This document shows positions 1 to 12,362 of a stretch of DNA of 24,000 nucleotides, one piece after another. Numbering within the stretch: position 1 is the stretch's first letter; the number at the start of each line of letters is the position of its first letter. The translations under genes and the position numbers were made by a program. The DNA comes from a bacterium (GTDB lineage: Bacteria; Planctomycetota; Phycisphaerae; UBA1845). The notes beneath the pieces are model-generated. The model was not told the DNA's origin. It did no database searches and saw nothing but the letters and a program-made list of their open reading frames with translations. Location: the NCBI GenBank assembly GCA_024231775.1, contig JAAEQG010000450.1, positions 4,273 through 28,272 on the forward strand. The letters are read 5' to 3'.

Positions 1-440
1 AGTTTGCCGAAGATGTTGGGAATCTGTTGGCGAACGATACCCGGTCCGTTGTCCCGCACGACAACCCGAAAGCGGTCTTCCGCAAGTTGTTGCACGTCGA
101 TCTCGAGGTCCGCCAGGATCCCTGCCTCCTCGCACGCATCGAGGCTGTTGTCCACCGCCTCCTTCACCGTGGTCAGCAGAGCTTTGCGCTTGTTGTCAAA
201 ACCCAGCAGGTGGCGATTCTTGGCGAAAAACTCGGAAACCGAGATCTCGCGCTGCTGTTTCGCCATCGACTCCGCGGACTTGCGCCCGCTGCGCTTGCCC
301 GCTGCGCCCGTACCTCCCGATGGGCGGCGTCCGCTGCCTGTCTTTCCAGCAGGTGTCTTTCGTACCTGAGCCACTGGGTTACTCCGAACCGGAGATGAGT
401 CGAACGGTAGGTCCATCTGCTGCGGTGAAGCGGTGGTCAT
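1..440 (-). CDS. top6B: DNA topoisomerase VI subunit B (GHKL/Bergerat ATPase), N-terminal part; the gene continues past the left edge
   Basis: Absent from the ORF track because the window truncates it. My hand translation of the reverse complement from ATG 440..438 gives [147 protein letters not shown]. The blocks EISVxEFFxKNRHxLGFD, [20 protein letters not shown] and DNGPGI are the conserved Top6B N-terminus. An internal ATG at 266..264 ([10 protein letters not shown]) is an alternative start; the 58 residues before it are basic and low-complexity. Confidence 0.85.
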   Translation of the reverse strand, partial: MTTASPQQMDLPFDSSPVRSNPVAQVRKTPAGKTGSGRRPSGGTGAAGKRSGRKSAESMAKQQREISVSEFFAKNRHLLGFDNKRKALLTTVKEAVDNSLDACEEAGILADLEIDVQQLAEDRFRVVVRDNGPGIVRQQIPNIFGK

Positions 441-774
441 GATCGCCTTCCTGGCTGACAGTTCAATCCGTTCGCGGCGGACTACATGGCAGAGTGGGTA
501 GTGTACGCACGCACCACATCGTCACAATAGGAAGAGAACTCAGAAACCCCGGCACCATCGCCAGCCCACTGACCGCACGCGCCCATGGAACGTCGCGATT
601 GTATCCGAACTTCCTCCGCTTGTCGCGAACCCCGAACAGCTCCAGCTCCAGGAGCGTCGCGCCCGGGCCATCCCCACCTTTTCCACCACGTTGACAAGCT
701 GTGAATCTCCAATGAACTCACAGCCTCCAATCGTCCAGATGGGCGAGTAATGGGCTGTTCACTTCCGCTTTTCG

Positions 775-783
775 TGGTAGAAT
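775..783 (+). promoter_or_regulatory. Possible extended -10 element (TGgTAGAAT) upstream of dnaA
   Basis: The sequence tggtagaat lies about 135 nt upstream of the dnaA ATG. There is no convincing -35 hexamer. Motif match only. Confidence 0.2.
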
Positions 784-916
784 GAAGGCCTGTGCAGGAT
801 ACCAGGAGCGCGAGCCTAACCTCCCATCAGAAAAGGTGTTAGGCTAGCCATCCCACCGTGTAGTCAACGTGTACCCAACGCCGCTTGCCCGCGGCACAGC
901 CCAAGGGTCCCCGCGG

Positions 917-2248
917 ATGCCGAACTTAGAATCATCCGAGTGGAAGGAGATCGTTACCCACCTACGGACTCGCTTTCCCGATCTCATGCGCGGCTGGTTC
1001 GCCAATCTCGAACCGCGCCGCCTCCACGGCGGTGCGCTCACCATCCTGGCCGCAAACCCCGCCCAGGTGCGCTATCTCAACGCCCACTGCCGCCAACCTT
1101 TCACCGAAGCCGCCCAGGCCGCAACCGGAATGCTCATCTCCGTCGAATTCGAGACCGACCAGCCGGAGAGCGTCTCGGTCGCCCCTCTGTCGTTCGAGCA
1201 CGAATCGCCGGAGATGATGCTCAACGACGACTACGTCTTCGGAAACTTCGTCACCGGCCCATGCAATCGACTCGCCCACGCCGCCGCAGTCGCGGTTAGC
1301 GAATCCCCCGGGAAAGCCTATAACCCCTTGTTCCTTCACGGAAATGTTGGGCTAGGTAAGACGCACCTCCTCCAGGCCGTCTGCCACACCATACGAGACC
1401 GGGTCCCCGAACGGCGCACCCTCTATATTTCCTGTGAGACGTTCACCAACCATTTCATAGAAGCCGTCGAACGCGGAGCCCTGAATCAGTTTCGCTACCG
1501 CTACCGACATGTAGACGTGCTGGTGATCGACGACATCCAGTTTCTCGGTGAGCGCGAGCGTAGCCAGGAGGAGTTCTTCCACACCTTCAACACGCTCCAT
1601 CAGTCGCAGCGGCAGATCATCGTGTGTGCGGACTGCTGCCCCGCAGAGATTCCCAGCCTCCAGGAACGACTCATCAGCCGCTTCAACTCCGGGCTCGTGG
1701 CCCTGGTCGACCGCCCCTGTCTCGAAACCCGGATGGCCATCATCCGCAAGAAAGCCAAACTCCGCTGCATCGAAGTACCCGAGGATGTGGTCAAGCTGAT
1801 CGCCGCCCGGGTGGAGACCAACATCCGCGAGCTGGAGGGCGCCCTCCTCAAGACCGACGCCCTCAGCCAGACCCGCGACGGCATCATCACCGGAGAGATC
1901 GCCCTGGAGGCCCTGGGAAGCCTGGAAACCCGTCGCCCCGTAACCATCCCGGAAATCATCGACTTGGTCAGCTCGCGCTACAGCGTCCGCGTGTCCGACC
2001 TCCAAGGACGCAAACGCACTAAGTCCGTCACCGGACCACGACAGGTTTGCATGTACCTCGCCCGGGAGCTGACCAACCACAGCCTGGAGGAAATCGGCGG
2101 CTTCTTCGGCGGTCGGGACCATTCCACCGTCCTGCACGGCTGCCGACTCATCGCCGAAAGCCGGGCAAGCGACGGCCAATTGAACGGCAACGTGGAGGAA
2201 CTCACAGACCTGTTACAAAAAGGGCGTTCCGGGGGTCGAGCGATGTGA
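917..2248 (+). CDS. dnaA: Chromosomal replication initiator protein DnaA
   Basis: Track ORF 869..2248. Walker A motif NPLFLHGNVGLGKTHLLQAV, an AAA+ core (VLVIDDIQFL), and the C-terminal DnaA-box-binding domain (RQVCMYLARELTNHSLEEIGGFFGGRDHSTVLHG). I chose ATG 917 (MPNLESSEWKEIV) because AAGGG sits 9 nt upstream. GTG 869 is the longest alternative start. Confidence 0.95.
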   Translation: MPNLESSEWKEIVTHLRTRFPDLMRGWFANLEPRRLHGGALTILAANPAQVRYLNAHCRQPFTEAAQAATGMLISVEFETDQPESVSVAPLSFEHESPEMMLNDDYVFGNFVTGPCNRLAHAAAVAVSESPGKAYNPLFLHGNVGLGKTHLLQAVCHTIRDRVPERRTLYISCETFTNHFIEAVERGALNQFRYRYRHVDVLVIDDIQFLGERERSQEEFFHTFNTLHQSQRQIIVCADCCPAEIPSLQERLISRFNSGLVALVDRPCLETRMAIIRKKAKLRCIEVPEDVVKLIAARVETNIRELEGALLKTDALSQTRDGIITGEIALEALGSLETRRPVTIPEIIDLVSSRYSVRVSDLQGRKRTKSVTGPRQVCMYLARELTNHSLEEIGGFFGGRDHSTVLHGCRLIAESRASDGQLNGNVEELTDLLQKGRSGGRAM

Positions 2249-2508
2249 ACAGTGCTGTGACGCCGGTTCGGTTTACCGCCGGAAGCGGAGTTCAGGCTGG
2301 TACGGCTGGACGGTCGGTGGGCAACCGCCCGGTTGGGGACATCCTATCTCGCAGGCTGTCCACAGCTCCGCATGGGCTGGCTGACGCTGTAGGAACGGGT
2401 ACAATATGAGCTTAGCGAAATCGCGCCCGCGATCGTCACACAACTTACAGGCCCTTATAGGGAATATTAGGGTTGATAAGGGTACTATAGTATAAGGATG
2501 CGCAAGCA
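2249..2508. other. dnaA-dnaN intergenic spacer; candidate oriC/DNA-unwinding region and dnaN promoter/RBS
   Basis: About 2440..2500 (cttatagggaatattagggttgataagggtactatagtataagg) is clearly AT-rich against GC-rich surroundings. Two 7/9 matches to the DnaA box TTATCCACA: ctgtccaca at 2356..2364 and ggttgataa at 2471..2479 (reverse orientation). AAGGA RBS at 2494..2498, 10 nt before the dnaN ATG. Confidence 0.3.
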
Positions 2509-3606
2509 ATGAAGGTCAGGGTCCAACGTGCCGAACTAGCCGACGCCTTGACGGCCGCGTGCAGCGTTGCGCCAACGCGCAGCCCCAAGCCAATCCTCCA
2601 ATGTGTACTGCTCGAAGCTGCGACGGATCATTGCCGCCTGCAGGCAACTGACCTGGAAATCGGAATTCGCGCGCTCCTGAGCCAGGTCGAAGTGGCCGAA
2701 GAGGGCTCGACCCTGGTGGCTGCGGACAAGCTCGCTCAGATTGTTCGCGAGAGCACGGACGACGTGCTGGAGATCGAAACCGACGAAACGACGTGCCATG
2801 TACGTGGTGCGGCGAGCCATTTTCAGATCTACTGCCAGGAACCGGCGGAGTTCCCTCCCGTCGCCGACCTTGCCGGCGAGCCGGATTTCGAGATCGAACC
2901 GGCTGTCCTAAAACGCCTCACCGAGTGGACGGTCATCGCCGCGGCGCGGGAGAGCACGCGCTACGCGATCAACGGCGTGCTCTGGGACCAGCGGGGCACA
3001 AAGCTGACCCTGGTAGCCACCGACGGGCGGCGCTTGGCCCGCGCGGCTGGCGCTGTGCAAGCCGCCGGAGAGCCCGAGCACCGGGCCATCGTGCCCAGCA
3101 AGGCCATGCACCTGTTCCAGAGGGTGCTGGGCGAGGGAAGCGATCCGATTGCGCTCAAGATCACCGATAGCCAGATCGTGGCACGCTCGCCGCGCATGGT
3201 GGTAACCGCCGGGCTGGTGGAAGGGCAGTTCCCCCAGTACGAGGAGGTCATCCCCAACGATTGTGACAAGGAACTCGATCTCCCCACCCTGCAGTTCCTG
3301 GGCGCGGTCAAGCAGGCCGCTCTGCTCACCAACGAAGAGTCGCGGGGGGTGCGCTTCTCGCTCAGTCCGGACCGCCTGACCCTCTCGAGTCGAGCTCCGG
3401 AGCAGGGCGAAGCGACCATCGATCTCGAAGTGAGCTACGCCGGGCCGCCGATCGACATCGGCTTCAACCCGGTGTTCCTCATCGAAGCGCTTCGAGTTGT
3501 ACGGACGGATTCCGTGAAATTGCAGCTGAAGGATGCCAAACGGCCCGGAGTGCTGCTCGGGGGGGAAGACCTGCTGTGCGTGGTCATGCCGGTGAACCTC
3601 TCATAG
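2509..3606 (+). CDS. dnaN: DNA polymerase III beta subunit (sliding clamp)
   Basis: 365 aa, the expected clamp length, directly after dnaA. Typical N-terminus MKVRVQRAELADAL..SPKPILQCVLLEA and C-terminal end LLCVVMPVNLS. Good RBS. Confidence 0.95.
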   Translation: MKVRVQRAELADALTAACSVAPTRSPKPILQCVLLEAATDHCRLQATDLEIGIRALLSQVEVAEEGSTLVAADKLAQIVRESTDDVLEIETDETTCHVRGAASHFQIYCQEPAEFPPVADLAGEPDFEIEPAVLKRLTEWTVIAAARESTRYAINGVLWDQRGTKLTLVATDGRRLARAAGAVQAAGEPEHRAIVPSKAMHLFQRVLGEGSDPIALKITDSQIVARSPRMVVTAGLVEGQFPQYEEVIPNDCDKELDLPTLQFLGAVKQAALLTNEESRGVRFSLSPDRLTLSSRAPEQGEATIDLEVSYAGPPIDIGFNPVFLIEALRVVRTDSVKLQLKDAKRPGVLLGGEDLLCVVMPVNLS

Positions 3607-3633
3607 ACCCATGGGCGACAGCGAGGGCTGGGC

Positions 3634-6704
<3,071 letters not shown>

Positions 6705-6928
6705 ACCCGCGCCCGGGACCGTCCGAAGTCGTGCGGCCTCCCGGCAGAAGGTCTGATCCGATCAGCGCCGCGACCGCGAGGGAGCGGACGACGAGCAGCC
6801 CTCGCCGTTGTCGCCTGACTCAACCCGTGGATCCTCTGGGGTATCCTCCGGAGTGCGACGCAGGAGCGGAATGTAAAGCGAAGATTCGTAATCAGCGGCA
6901 AATAGGGAATCGACTTGCACGCAGAATC

Positions 6929-6937
6929 TGCTAAAAT
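6929..6937 (+). promoter_or_regulatory. Possible extended -10 promoter element (TGcTAAAAT) for the mur/fts cluster
   Basis: The sequence tgctaaaat lies 36 nt upstream of the murE ATG, inside the 268-bp gyrB-murE gap. TTGCAC at 6915..6920 is only 11 bp upstream, too close for a -35. GGAG RBS at 6961..6964. Confidence 0.25.
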
Positions 6938-6972
6938 GGAGGGGCCTCAAGGATGAGCGCGGAGCGATTCTA

Positions 6973-8508
6973 ATGGCCCCAAAGGATTGGACCCTACGCC
7001 GGTTGCTGGGTGCAGCCGGCCTGCTCGAGCACGGCGCCGACCTCCCTCCGGACATCCCCATCGCCAGCCTGACCGACGACTCGCGGAACGTTTCCTCGGG
7101 AAGCTGCTTTGTAGCCATATCCGGCACGCGGGCCGATGGTCGCGGGTTCATCCCCGCGGCGGCGGCAGCCGGTGCCGTGGCCGTGGTGGATGAGGGAGGC
7201 AGTGGCGTACCCGCTGGCGTGGTACATGTACGCGTCCCGGACAGTCGCTCAGCCCTCGCCAGACTGGCGGCGGTCTTCCACGGAGTCACCCAATGCCGCA
7301 ACGGCCGCCGGCTGCGCCTGATCGGCATCACCGGGACCAACGGAAAGACCACCACCTGCCGATTGCTGCAAGCCATCCTGGAAGCGGCGGGCCACCGGAC
7401 CGCATCAGTGGGCACCCTGGGCTACGGCCTGGGTAGCAGATCGGTCCCGAGTCGGATGACCACCCCCGCGCCCCTCGTATTGTGTGACCAGCTCGCCCAC
7501 GCCCTCGACGCCGGGGCGACCTACGCGGTGATGGAAGTCTCCAGCCACGCCCTCGACCAACACCGTTGCGACGGTCTAAGCTTCGACGCCGCCGTCTTTA
7601 CCACCCTCAGCGGCGATCACCTCGATTATCATGGAACTCGGGCAGCGTATGTCCGCGCCAAGAAACGCCTGTTCGACGTACTGGATGCGGACGCCGCCGC
7701 GATCGTCAACGCAGACGATCCGGCGAGTCCGGAGATGCTCCCGGATTGTCGGGCGGCAGTTGTTCGGTACGGCCTGACTGCAACCGGAACGGACGTGAAC
7801 GCAGAAGTGGTCCGCTCGTCGATCGAGGGCAACCTGCTGCGGCTGCGCTTCGCCGGGCGGACCGTGAACCTGTCCAGCCGGCTGATGGGTCGACACAACG
7901 CGATCAACATCGCGGCAGCCGCTGCGGCGGCATGGAAGCTGGGTGTCCCCGTGGGAGATATTGTGCGCGGAATCGAGGACACCAAGGTGGTGAGCGGCCG
8001 CCTGGAGCGCGTAGAACCAGACGGTTGCCCGATCTCCGTCCTGGTGGATTACTCGCACACCGACGACGCCCTGGATCATGCCTTGGCCACGCTCGTCCCT
8101 CTGACGGTTGGACGGTTGATTTGTGTATTCGGATGCGGCGGCGACCGCGACCGCACCAAGCGACCGCGCATGGGCGCCGTCGTCGGTCGCAGAGCACACG
8201 TAGCCGTGGTGACCAGCGACAATCCGCGAACTGAAGACCCCCGAGCGATCATCAACGAGATCCTGCCCGGGATCGAGGGTTACGAAGATTGCTCCACACA
8301 CGTCGAGCCCGACCGCCGTCAGGCGATCAAGCTGGCGGTGGGTCTGGCGGAACCCGGCGACACAGTCCTGATCGCTGGAAAAGGGCACGAAACCTATCAG
8401 GACCTCGGGGCGGAGCAGGCTCATTTCGATGACGCGGAAGAAGCCCGAGAGGCCATCCAGGCCGCCAGCCGGCAACGCACTTGGACCGTGGGAGCGGGTG
8501 CGCCATGA
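6973..8508 (+). CDS. murE: UDP-N-acetylmuramoyl-L-alanyl-D-glutamate--2,6-diaminopimelate ligase
   Basis: LTDDSRNVSSGSCFVAISGTRADGRGFI, P-loop GITGTNGKTTT, and VVTSDNPRTEDP. The DNPR motif is the meso-DAP specificity signature of MurE. Confidence 0.95.
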   Translation: MAPKDWTLRRLLGAAGLLEHGADLPPDIPIASLTDDSRNVSSGSCFVAISGTRADGRGFIPAAAAAGAVAVVDEGGSGVPAGVVHVRVPDSRSALARLAAVFHGVTQCRNGRRLRLIGITGTNGKTTTCRLLQAILEAAGHRTASVGTLGYGLGSRSVPSRMTTPAPLVLCDQLAHALDAGATYAVMEVSSHALDQHRCDGLSFDAAVFTTLSGDHLDYHGTRAAYVRAKKRLFDVLDADAAAIVNADDPASPEMLPDCRAAVVRYGLTATGTDVNAEVVRSSIEGNLLRLRFAGRTVNLSSRLMGRHNAINIAAAAAAAWKLGVPVGDIVRGIEDTKVVSGRLERVEPDGCPISVLVDYSHTDDALDHALATLVPLTVGRLICVFGCGGDRDRTKRPRMGAVVGRRAHVAVVTSDNPRTEDPRAIINEILPGIEGYEDCSTHVEPDRRQAIKLAVGLAEPGDTVLIAGKGHETYQDLGAEQAHFDDAEEAREAIQAASRQRTWTVGAGAP

Positions 8509-9908
8509 TCGCCCTGCAACTCGGCAAGATCGCGGAAGTGGTGAGCGGCAAACTGCGCGGGAACCACGCCGCGTCAGCAACCGGGGTGTCCACAGACACG
8601 AGAACTCTAAACCCCGGAGACCTGTACATTGCCCTGCGTGGTGAGCGGTTTGACGGACATACGTTCGTCGGGCAGGCCTTTGACAAAGGTGCCTGCGCCG
8701 CCGTCGTCAGCGAGCAAGCGGAAACCGCAGACGAACACAAAGGCCCGTTCATCGTCGTGGCCGATCCTCGGGACGCGCTTTTCCGGCTAGCCCAGTGGTA
8801 CCGTCAACAGTTGACCTGCACAGTGATCGCGGTCACCGGAAGCAACGGCAAGACGACCACCAAGTGCATGATCGATCACCTACTGGGGACGGCCTTGCGC
8901 GGCCGCGCCGCCCGGAAGAGCTACAACAACGACATCGGTGTTCCGTTGACCTTGTTGTCGGGTGAAGTTGCGGATGAATACCTGGTCGTGGAGATCGGAT
9001 CGAACGCACCGGGAGAGGTCGCCCGTCTTGCACGACTAGCCAACCCAGAGATTGGTGTGGTCACCTCCATCGGAGAGGCGCATCTGGCGGGCCTGGGCAG
9101 CATTGAAGACGTCGCCCGCGAGAAGCTGTCCCTGCTGGACCACGTCAAGCCGGATGGAACCGGCGTCGTGAACCTGGACGACGTGCGCTCGGTGGACGGC
9201 GCTTCAATACCATCCGGGCAACGCACGGTGACGTTTGGAATAGCTCCGGACGCGGACGTGAGCATCGGTCGGGTGGAGTCCACGCTCAAGGGCGTGGGTT
9301 TCCGGATCGGCGATCGCCGGACAGTGACACTCCCCGTACTTGGCGTACACAACGCCCTGAATGCCGCCGCAGCTTATGCAGTCGGGCGCTGCCTGGGCCT
9401 TGCGGAACAAGAGCTGGTCGAGGCGTTAAGCACCGTGCGCCTTCCGGAGATGCGTCTGAAGGTGCACCGGATCGGCGGAGTGACCCTGATCGAAGACTGC
9501 TACAACGCAAACCCGACTAGTATGGCTGCGGGCGTCGAGGTGCTCCAGTCGGTGGGCCAAGGTAGGCGGGTGCTGGTGGCGGGGGAGATGCTCGAACTCG
9601 GATCCGGGAGCGGGGCGCGACACTATGGAGTGGGTGCCCTGGCGGGAAGACGTGGGGTCGAGGTAATCGTCTCCGTCGGTCGGGGAGCGGTTCCGGTTGT
9701 GGAAGGGGCGTGCGCCGAAAGCACCGACGTGCTTACGTTGACCTGCAAAACCACCGAGGAAGCCTGCGCCCGAGTCCCGGATCTCCTGCGCGCGGGTGAC
9801 ACTGTCTTACTGAAGGGCTCGCGCGCTCTGGGATTGGAGCGTGTCACCCGGAGCGTAGCGAGTCGGTTCGGGGCGACCGACCGCGTCAGCCAGTGCGAAC
9901 AGGAGTAG
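8505..9908 (+). CDS. murF: UDP-N-acetylmuramoyl-tripeptide--D-alanyl-D-alanine ligase
   Basis: STDTRTLNPGDLYIALRGERFDGHTF and VTGSNGKTTTK. ATG 8505 overlaps the murE stop as ATGA (8505..8508), which suggests translational coupling. The track ORF starts at TTG 8481. Confidence 0.9.
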   Translation: MIALQLGKIAEVVSGKLRGNHAASATGVSTDTRTLNPGDLYIALRGERFDGHTFVGQAFDKGACAAVVSEQAETADEHKGPFIVVADPRDALFRLAQWYRQQLTCTVIAVTGSNGKTTTKCMIDHLLGTALRGRAARKSYNNDIGVPLTLLSGEVADEYLVVEIGSNAPGEVARLARLANPEIGVVTSIGEAHLAGLGSIEDVAREKLSLLDHVKPDGTGVVNLDDVRSVDGASIPSGQRTVTFGIAPDADVSIGRVESTLKGVGFRIGDRRTVTLPVLGVHNALNAAAAYAVGRCLGLAEQELVEALSTVRLPEMRLKVHRIGGVTLIEDCYNANPTSMAAGVEVLQSVGQGRRVLVAGEMLELGSGSGARHYGVGALAGRRGVEVIVSVGRGAVPVVEGACAESTDVLTLTCKTTEEACARVPDLLRAGDTVLLKGSRALGLERVTRSVASRFGATDRVSQCEQE

Positions 9909-9914
9909 TCGAGC

Positions 9915-11057
9915 GTGCTGTATCACCTCTTCAGGTTGATGCTCGAGGGGCGGCACTACGCATACGAGAATCCTCTGTTCCGCGCGACATTGGCTGCACT
10001 GTTCTGCTTCCTGTTTGTGCTCATCCTCGGTCCCCGAGTGATTCGCCAGCTCGTCAAGTACAAAGTGGGCGATCATGCGGAGTTCGACCACGAATCTCTA
10101 AACGAGTTGATGCGCGACAAGCAGCGGATCCCCACCATGGGCGGGATCCTGATCATCGCAGCCATCATGCTGGGCACGCTGCTGTTCGCCGACTTCATGG
10201 TGTTCTACGTGCAATTGGGGATCGTCTGTCTGTTATGGCTGGGAGCACTGGGTGCGGTCGACGACTGGTTCAAGCTCACCGCCAAGAAGAGGACCGGGAG
10301 TCGGGACGGGCTGAAGAGCTACGAGAAGCTGTTGTTTCAGATGGGTCTGGCGGTGATCGTAGGCTACTTCGTTTACAGTGCGGGGCAGACCAACCACGCC
10401 TGGGTGGCCGGGGCGGATGCAGTGGAGTCCCGCGAAGCCTATCGTGTGCTCAGCGTACCCTTCTACAAGCACGGCTTCAGCTTGGGTACAGCCCCGTTCA
10501 TGCTCATCGCCGTACTGGTGATCACTGGGACCAGCAACGCCGTCAACTTCACCGACGGGATGGACGGATTGGCTTCCGGCTGCGTGGGCATCTGTGCGCT
10601 GGTGTTCATGATTCTGGCTTATGTAGTGGGGGACGAGACCGTAGCCCGCAAGCTGTTGATTCCACACGTTCCCCACAGTGGTGAGCTGGCGGTCATGTGC
10701 GGGGCAACCCTCGGAGCGTGCGCCGGCTTTCTCTGGTACAATTGTCATCCGGCGCAGGTGTTCATGGGAGATACGGGTTCTCTCCCTCTGGGGGGCGTGA
10801 TCGGATACATCGCCGTGGTCACCCGCCAGGAATTGATGCTGTTCATCGTCGGAGGGGTGTTTGTGATCGAAGCCGTGTCCGTCATGCTGCAGGTGTGGTA
10901 CTTCAAGACCACCGGCGGGCGGCGGATGTTCCGCTGCGCCCCACTGCACCATCACTATCACCTGAGCGGTTGGACGGAGACGCAGACGGTGACCCGGTTC
11001 TGGTTGCTGGGGGCGATGTTCGCGGTCTTTGCCCTCGCGACGATGAAGTTGCGCTAA
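9915..11057 (+). CDS. mraY: Phospho-N-acetylmuramoyl-pentapeptide transferase
   Basis: Polytopic membrane protein with NAVNFTDGMDGLA and MGDTGSLPLGG motifs and the PLHHHY segment. GTG start with AGGAG 9 nt upstream. Confidence 0.95.
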   Translation: MLYHLFRLMLEGRHYAYENPLFRATLAALFCFLFVLILGPRVIRQLVKYKVGDHAEFDHESLNELMRDKQRIPTMGGILIIAAIMLGTLLFADFMVFYVQLGIVCLLWLGALGAVDDWFKLTAKKRTGSRDGLKSYEKLLFQMGLAVIVGYFVYSAGQTNHAWVAGADAVESREAYRVLSVPFYKHGFSLGTAPFMLIAVLVITGTSNAVNFTDGMDGLASGCVGICALVFMILAYVVGDETVARKLLIPHVPHSGELAVMCGATLGACAGFLWYNCHPAQVFMGDTGSLPLGGVIGYIAVVTRQELMLFIVGGVFVIEAVSVMLQVWYFKTTGGRRMFRCAPLHHHYHLSGWTETQTVTRFWLLGAMFAVFALATMKLR

Positions 11058-11099
11058 CGCAGAGGCGTATGCCGTTTACATTGTGGTTCCGAAGGGCGC

Positions 11100-12362
11100 A
11101 TGGCGGATCGAGCGAGTGGGGGCTGGGTGATGGGCAAGAGCGACATCGCGGGGGAAGCGACCGCCAACGCCATCATGGTCGTAGCTGCTGCGCTGATGAT
11201 GATCGGGGTCGTGGCGGTGGCTTCTGCGAGCGGCGGAGTGGATCGTTCGTCCTCGGTCGAATGGTGGAGGACCGGCTTCGGTCGCCAGTTGATCTTCGTG
11301 GGGTTCGGCCTCGCCACGATGCTGATGTTCTCCTGGGTGGGTCCTCAGGCGTTTGCATGGCGCCACAGATCGTGGTGGCAGCCGTCCCTTCTGTTGGTGG
11401 TGTTGGCCGGCGCGTGCCTGAGTCTGGCGCTGATCCCGGGTATCGGGTTGGAGCGCAACGGCGCGAGGCGATGGTTAAGCATCGGAACGCCTGGTGTGGG
11501 GCCTGCGTTTCAGCCGTCGGAGATGGCCAAAGTGGCCTTGGTGGTCTTCTTGGCCGCTTTTGTCGGCGGGCGATCCAAGCTGGTGGGATCGGTGACCAAG
11601 CTCCTCTTGCCATCCGTTGCGGTCATCGCCGTGCTGACCGCGCTGGTTGGCGTGGAGGACTTCGGCACTGCGGCACTGCTCGGGCTGGTGGGGGGGGCGA
11701 TCCTGCTTGTGGGAGGCTGTCGCCTGATCCACCTCGTAGTGGTTGCGCTTCCGGGCATAGCTACCGGCGCCTACCTGGTCTACTTCGAACCCTACCGCAT
11801 GGAACGTTTGACCAGCTTCGCGGACATCTGGGCCGATCCACAAGGCAGCGGGTATCACGCCATCCAATCCCTGGCGACGATCGCCTCCGGAGGCTGGTTC
11901 GGGTCCGGCTTGGGCTCGGGGATTCAGAAGTACGGCTACCTGCCCGCCAGCCAGACCGACTTCATCTTCTCGGTCTGGTGCGAGGAGACCGGCGTCTTCG
12001 GTGGTTTGCTCATCGTTCTGCTGTTCGTCGCCTTCCTGCTCCTGGGACTGCGGGCCATGCGGCGAGCCCGCAGCTCGGAGGCACGCTTACTGGCGTTCGG
12101 CGTCACCCTGCTGATTTGCTTGCAGGCGGTGATAAACCTCGCGGTGGTCAGCGTGGTGGCTCCCACCAAGGGAATCGCCCTACCCTTCGTCTCCGCCGGA
12201 GGGTCTGGCGTGGTGTTCTTGGCTGCCCTGGTCGGTCTCCTGGCTGGAGTCGCCCGTACCGCGGCGGTCTCAGCCTCGACAACCACGGACCCCTCGCTCC
12301 AGCCCTCAAGCGGTGCCGCCGAGGGCGAGGCGGCGCTCTCCCCCGGAGGAGCGAGCGGATGA
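11100..12362 (+). CDS. ftsW: SEDS-family peptidoglycan polymerase / lipid II flippase-type protein FtsW
   Basis: Multi-TM protein with FQPSEMAKVALVVFLAAF and the C-terminal GIALPFVSAGGSGVV motif of FtsW/RodA/SpoVE. I call it ftsW from its dcw context (mraY upstream, murG downstream). An alternative in-frame ATG lies at 11130. Confidence 0.85.
   Translation: MADRASGGWVMGKSDIAGEATANAIMVVAAALMMIGVVAVASASGGVDRSSSVEWWRTGFGRQLIFVGFGLATMLMFSWVGPQAFAWRHRSWWQPSLLLVVLAGACLSLALIPGIGLERNGARRWLSIGTPGVGPAFQPSEMAKVALVVFLAAFVGGRSKLVGSVTKLLLPSVAVIAVLTALVGVEDFGTAALLGLVGGAILLVGGCRLIHLVVVALPGIATGAYLVYFEPYRMERLTSFADIWADPQGSGYHAIQSLATIASGGWFGSGLGSGIQKYGYLPASQTDFIFSVWCEETGVFGGLLIVLLFVAFLLLGLRAMRRARSSEARLLAFGVTLLICLQAVINLAVVSVVAPTKGIALPFVSAGGSGVVFLAALVGLLAGVARTAAVSASTTTDPSLQPSSGAAEGEAALSPGGASG

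Noticed and set aside
4-398. Two plus-strand ORFs (121 and 123 aa) at the left edge
   Set aside because: They are antisense shadows of the minus-strand top6B reading frame, which has an unambiguous conserved translation. Both products are low-complexity R/S/P/A-rich.
1352-2179. Long antisense ORFs inside dnaA, gyrB (4596..5720), murE (7576..8580, 6762..7415), mraY (10233..10961), ftsW/murG (11936..12883, 12655..13251), murB (15136..15861), ddl (16745..17335) and the pseudopilin-like gene
   Set aside because: Each lies opposite or out of frame to a gene with clear family motifs. None shows recognisable motifs. This is the usual GC-rich shadow-ORF pattern.
6915-6937. TTGCAC / TAAAAT as a classical -35/-10 promoter pair upstream of murE
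   Set aside because: The spacer is 11 bp, far from the 16-18 bp optimum. Only the extended -10 reading (TGcTAAAAT) is kept, at low confidence.
11058-11099. Search for a murD remnant between mraY and ftsW
   Set aside because: The gap is only 42 bp, with no room for even a fragment, so murD is absent from this position rather than degraded.
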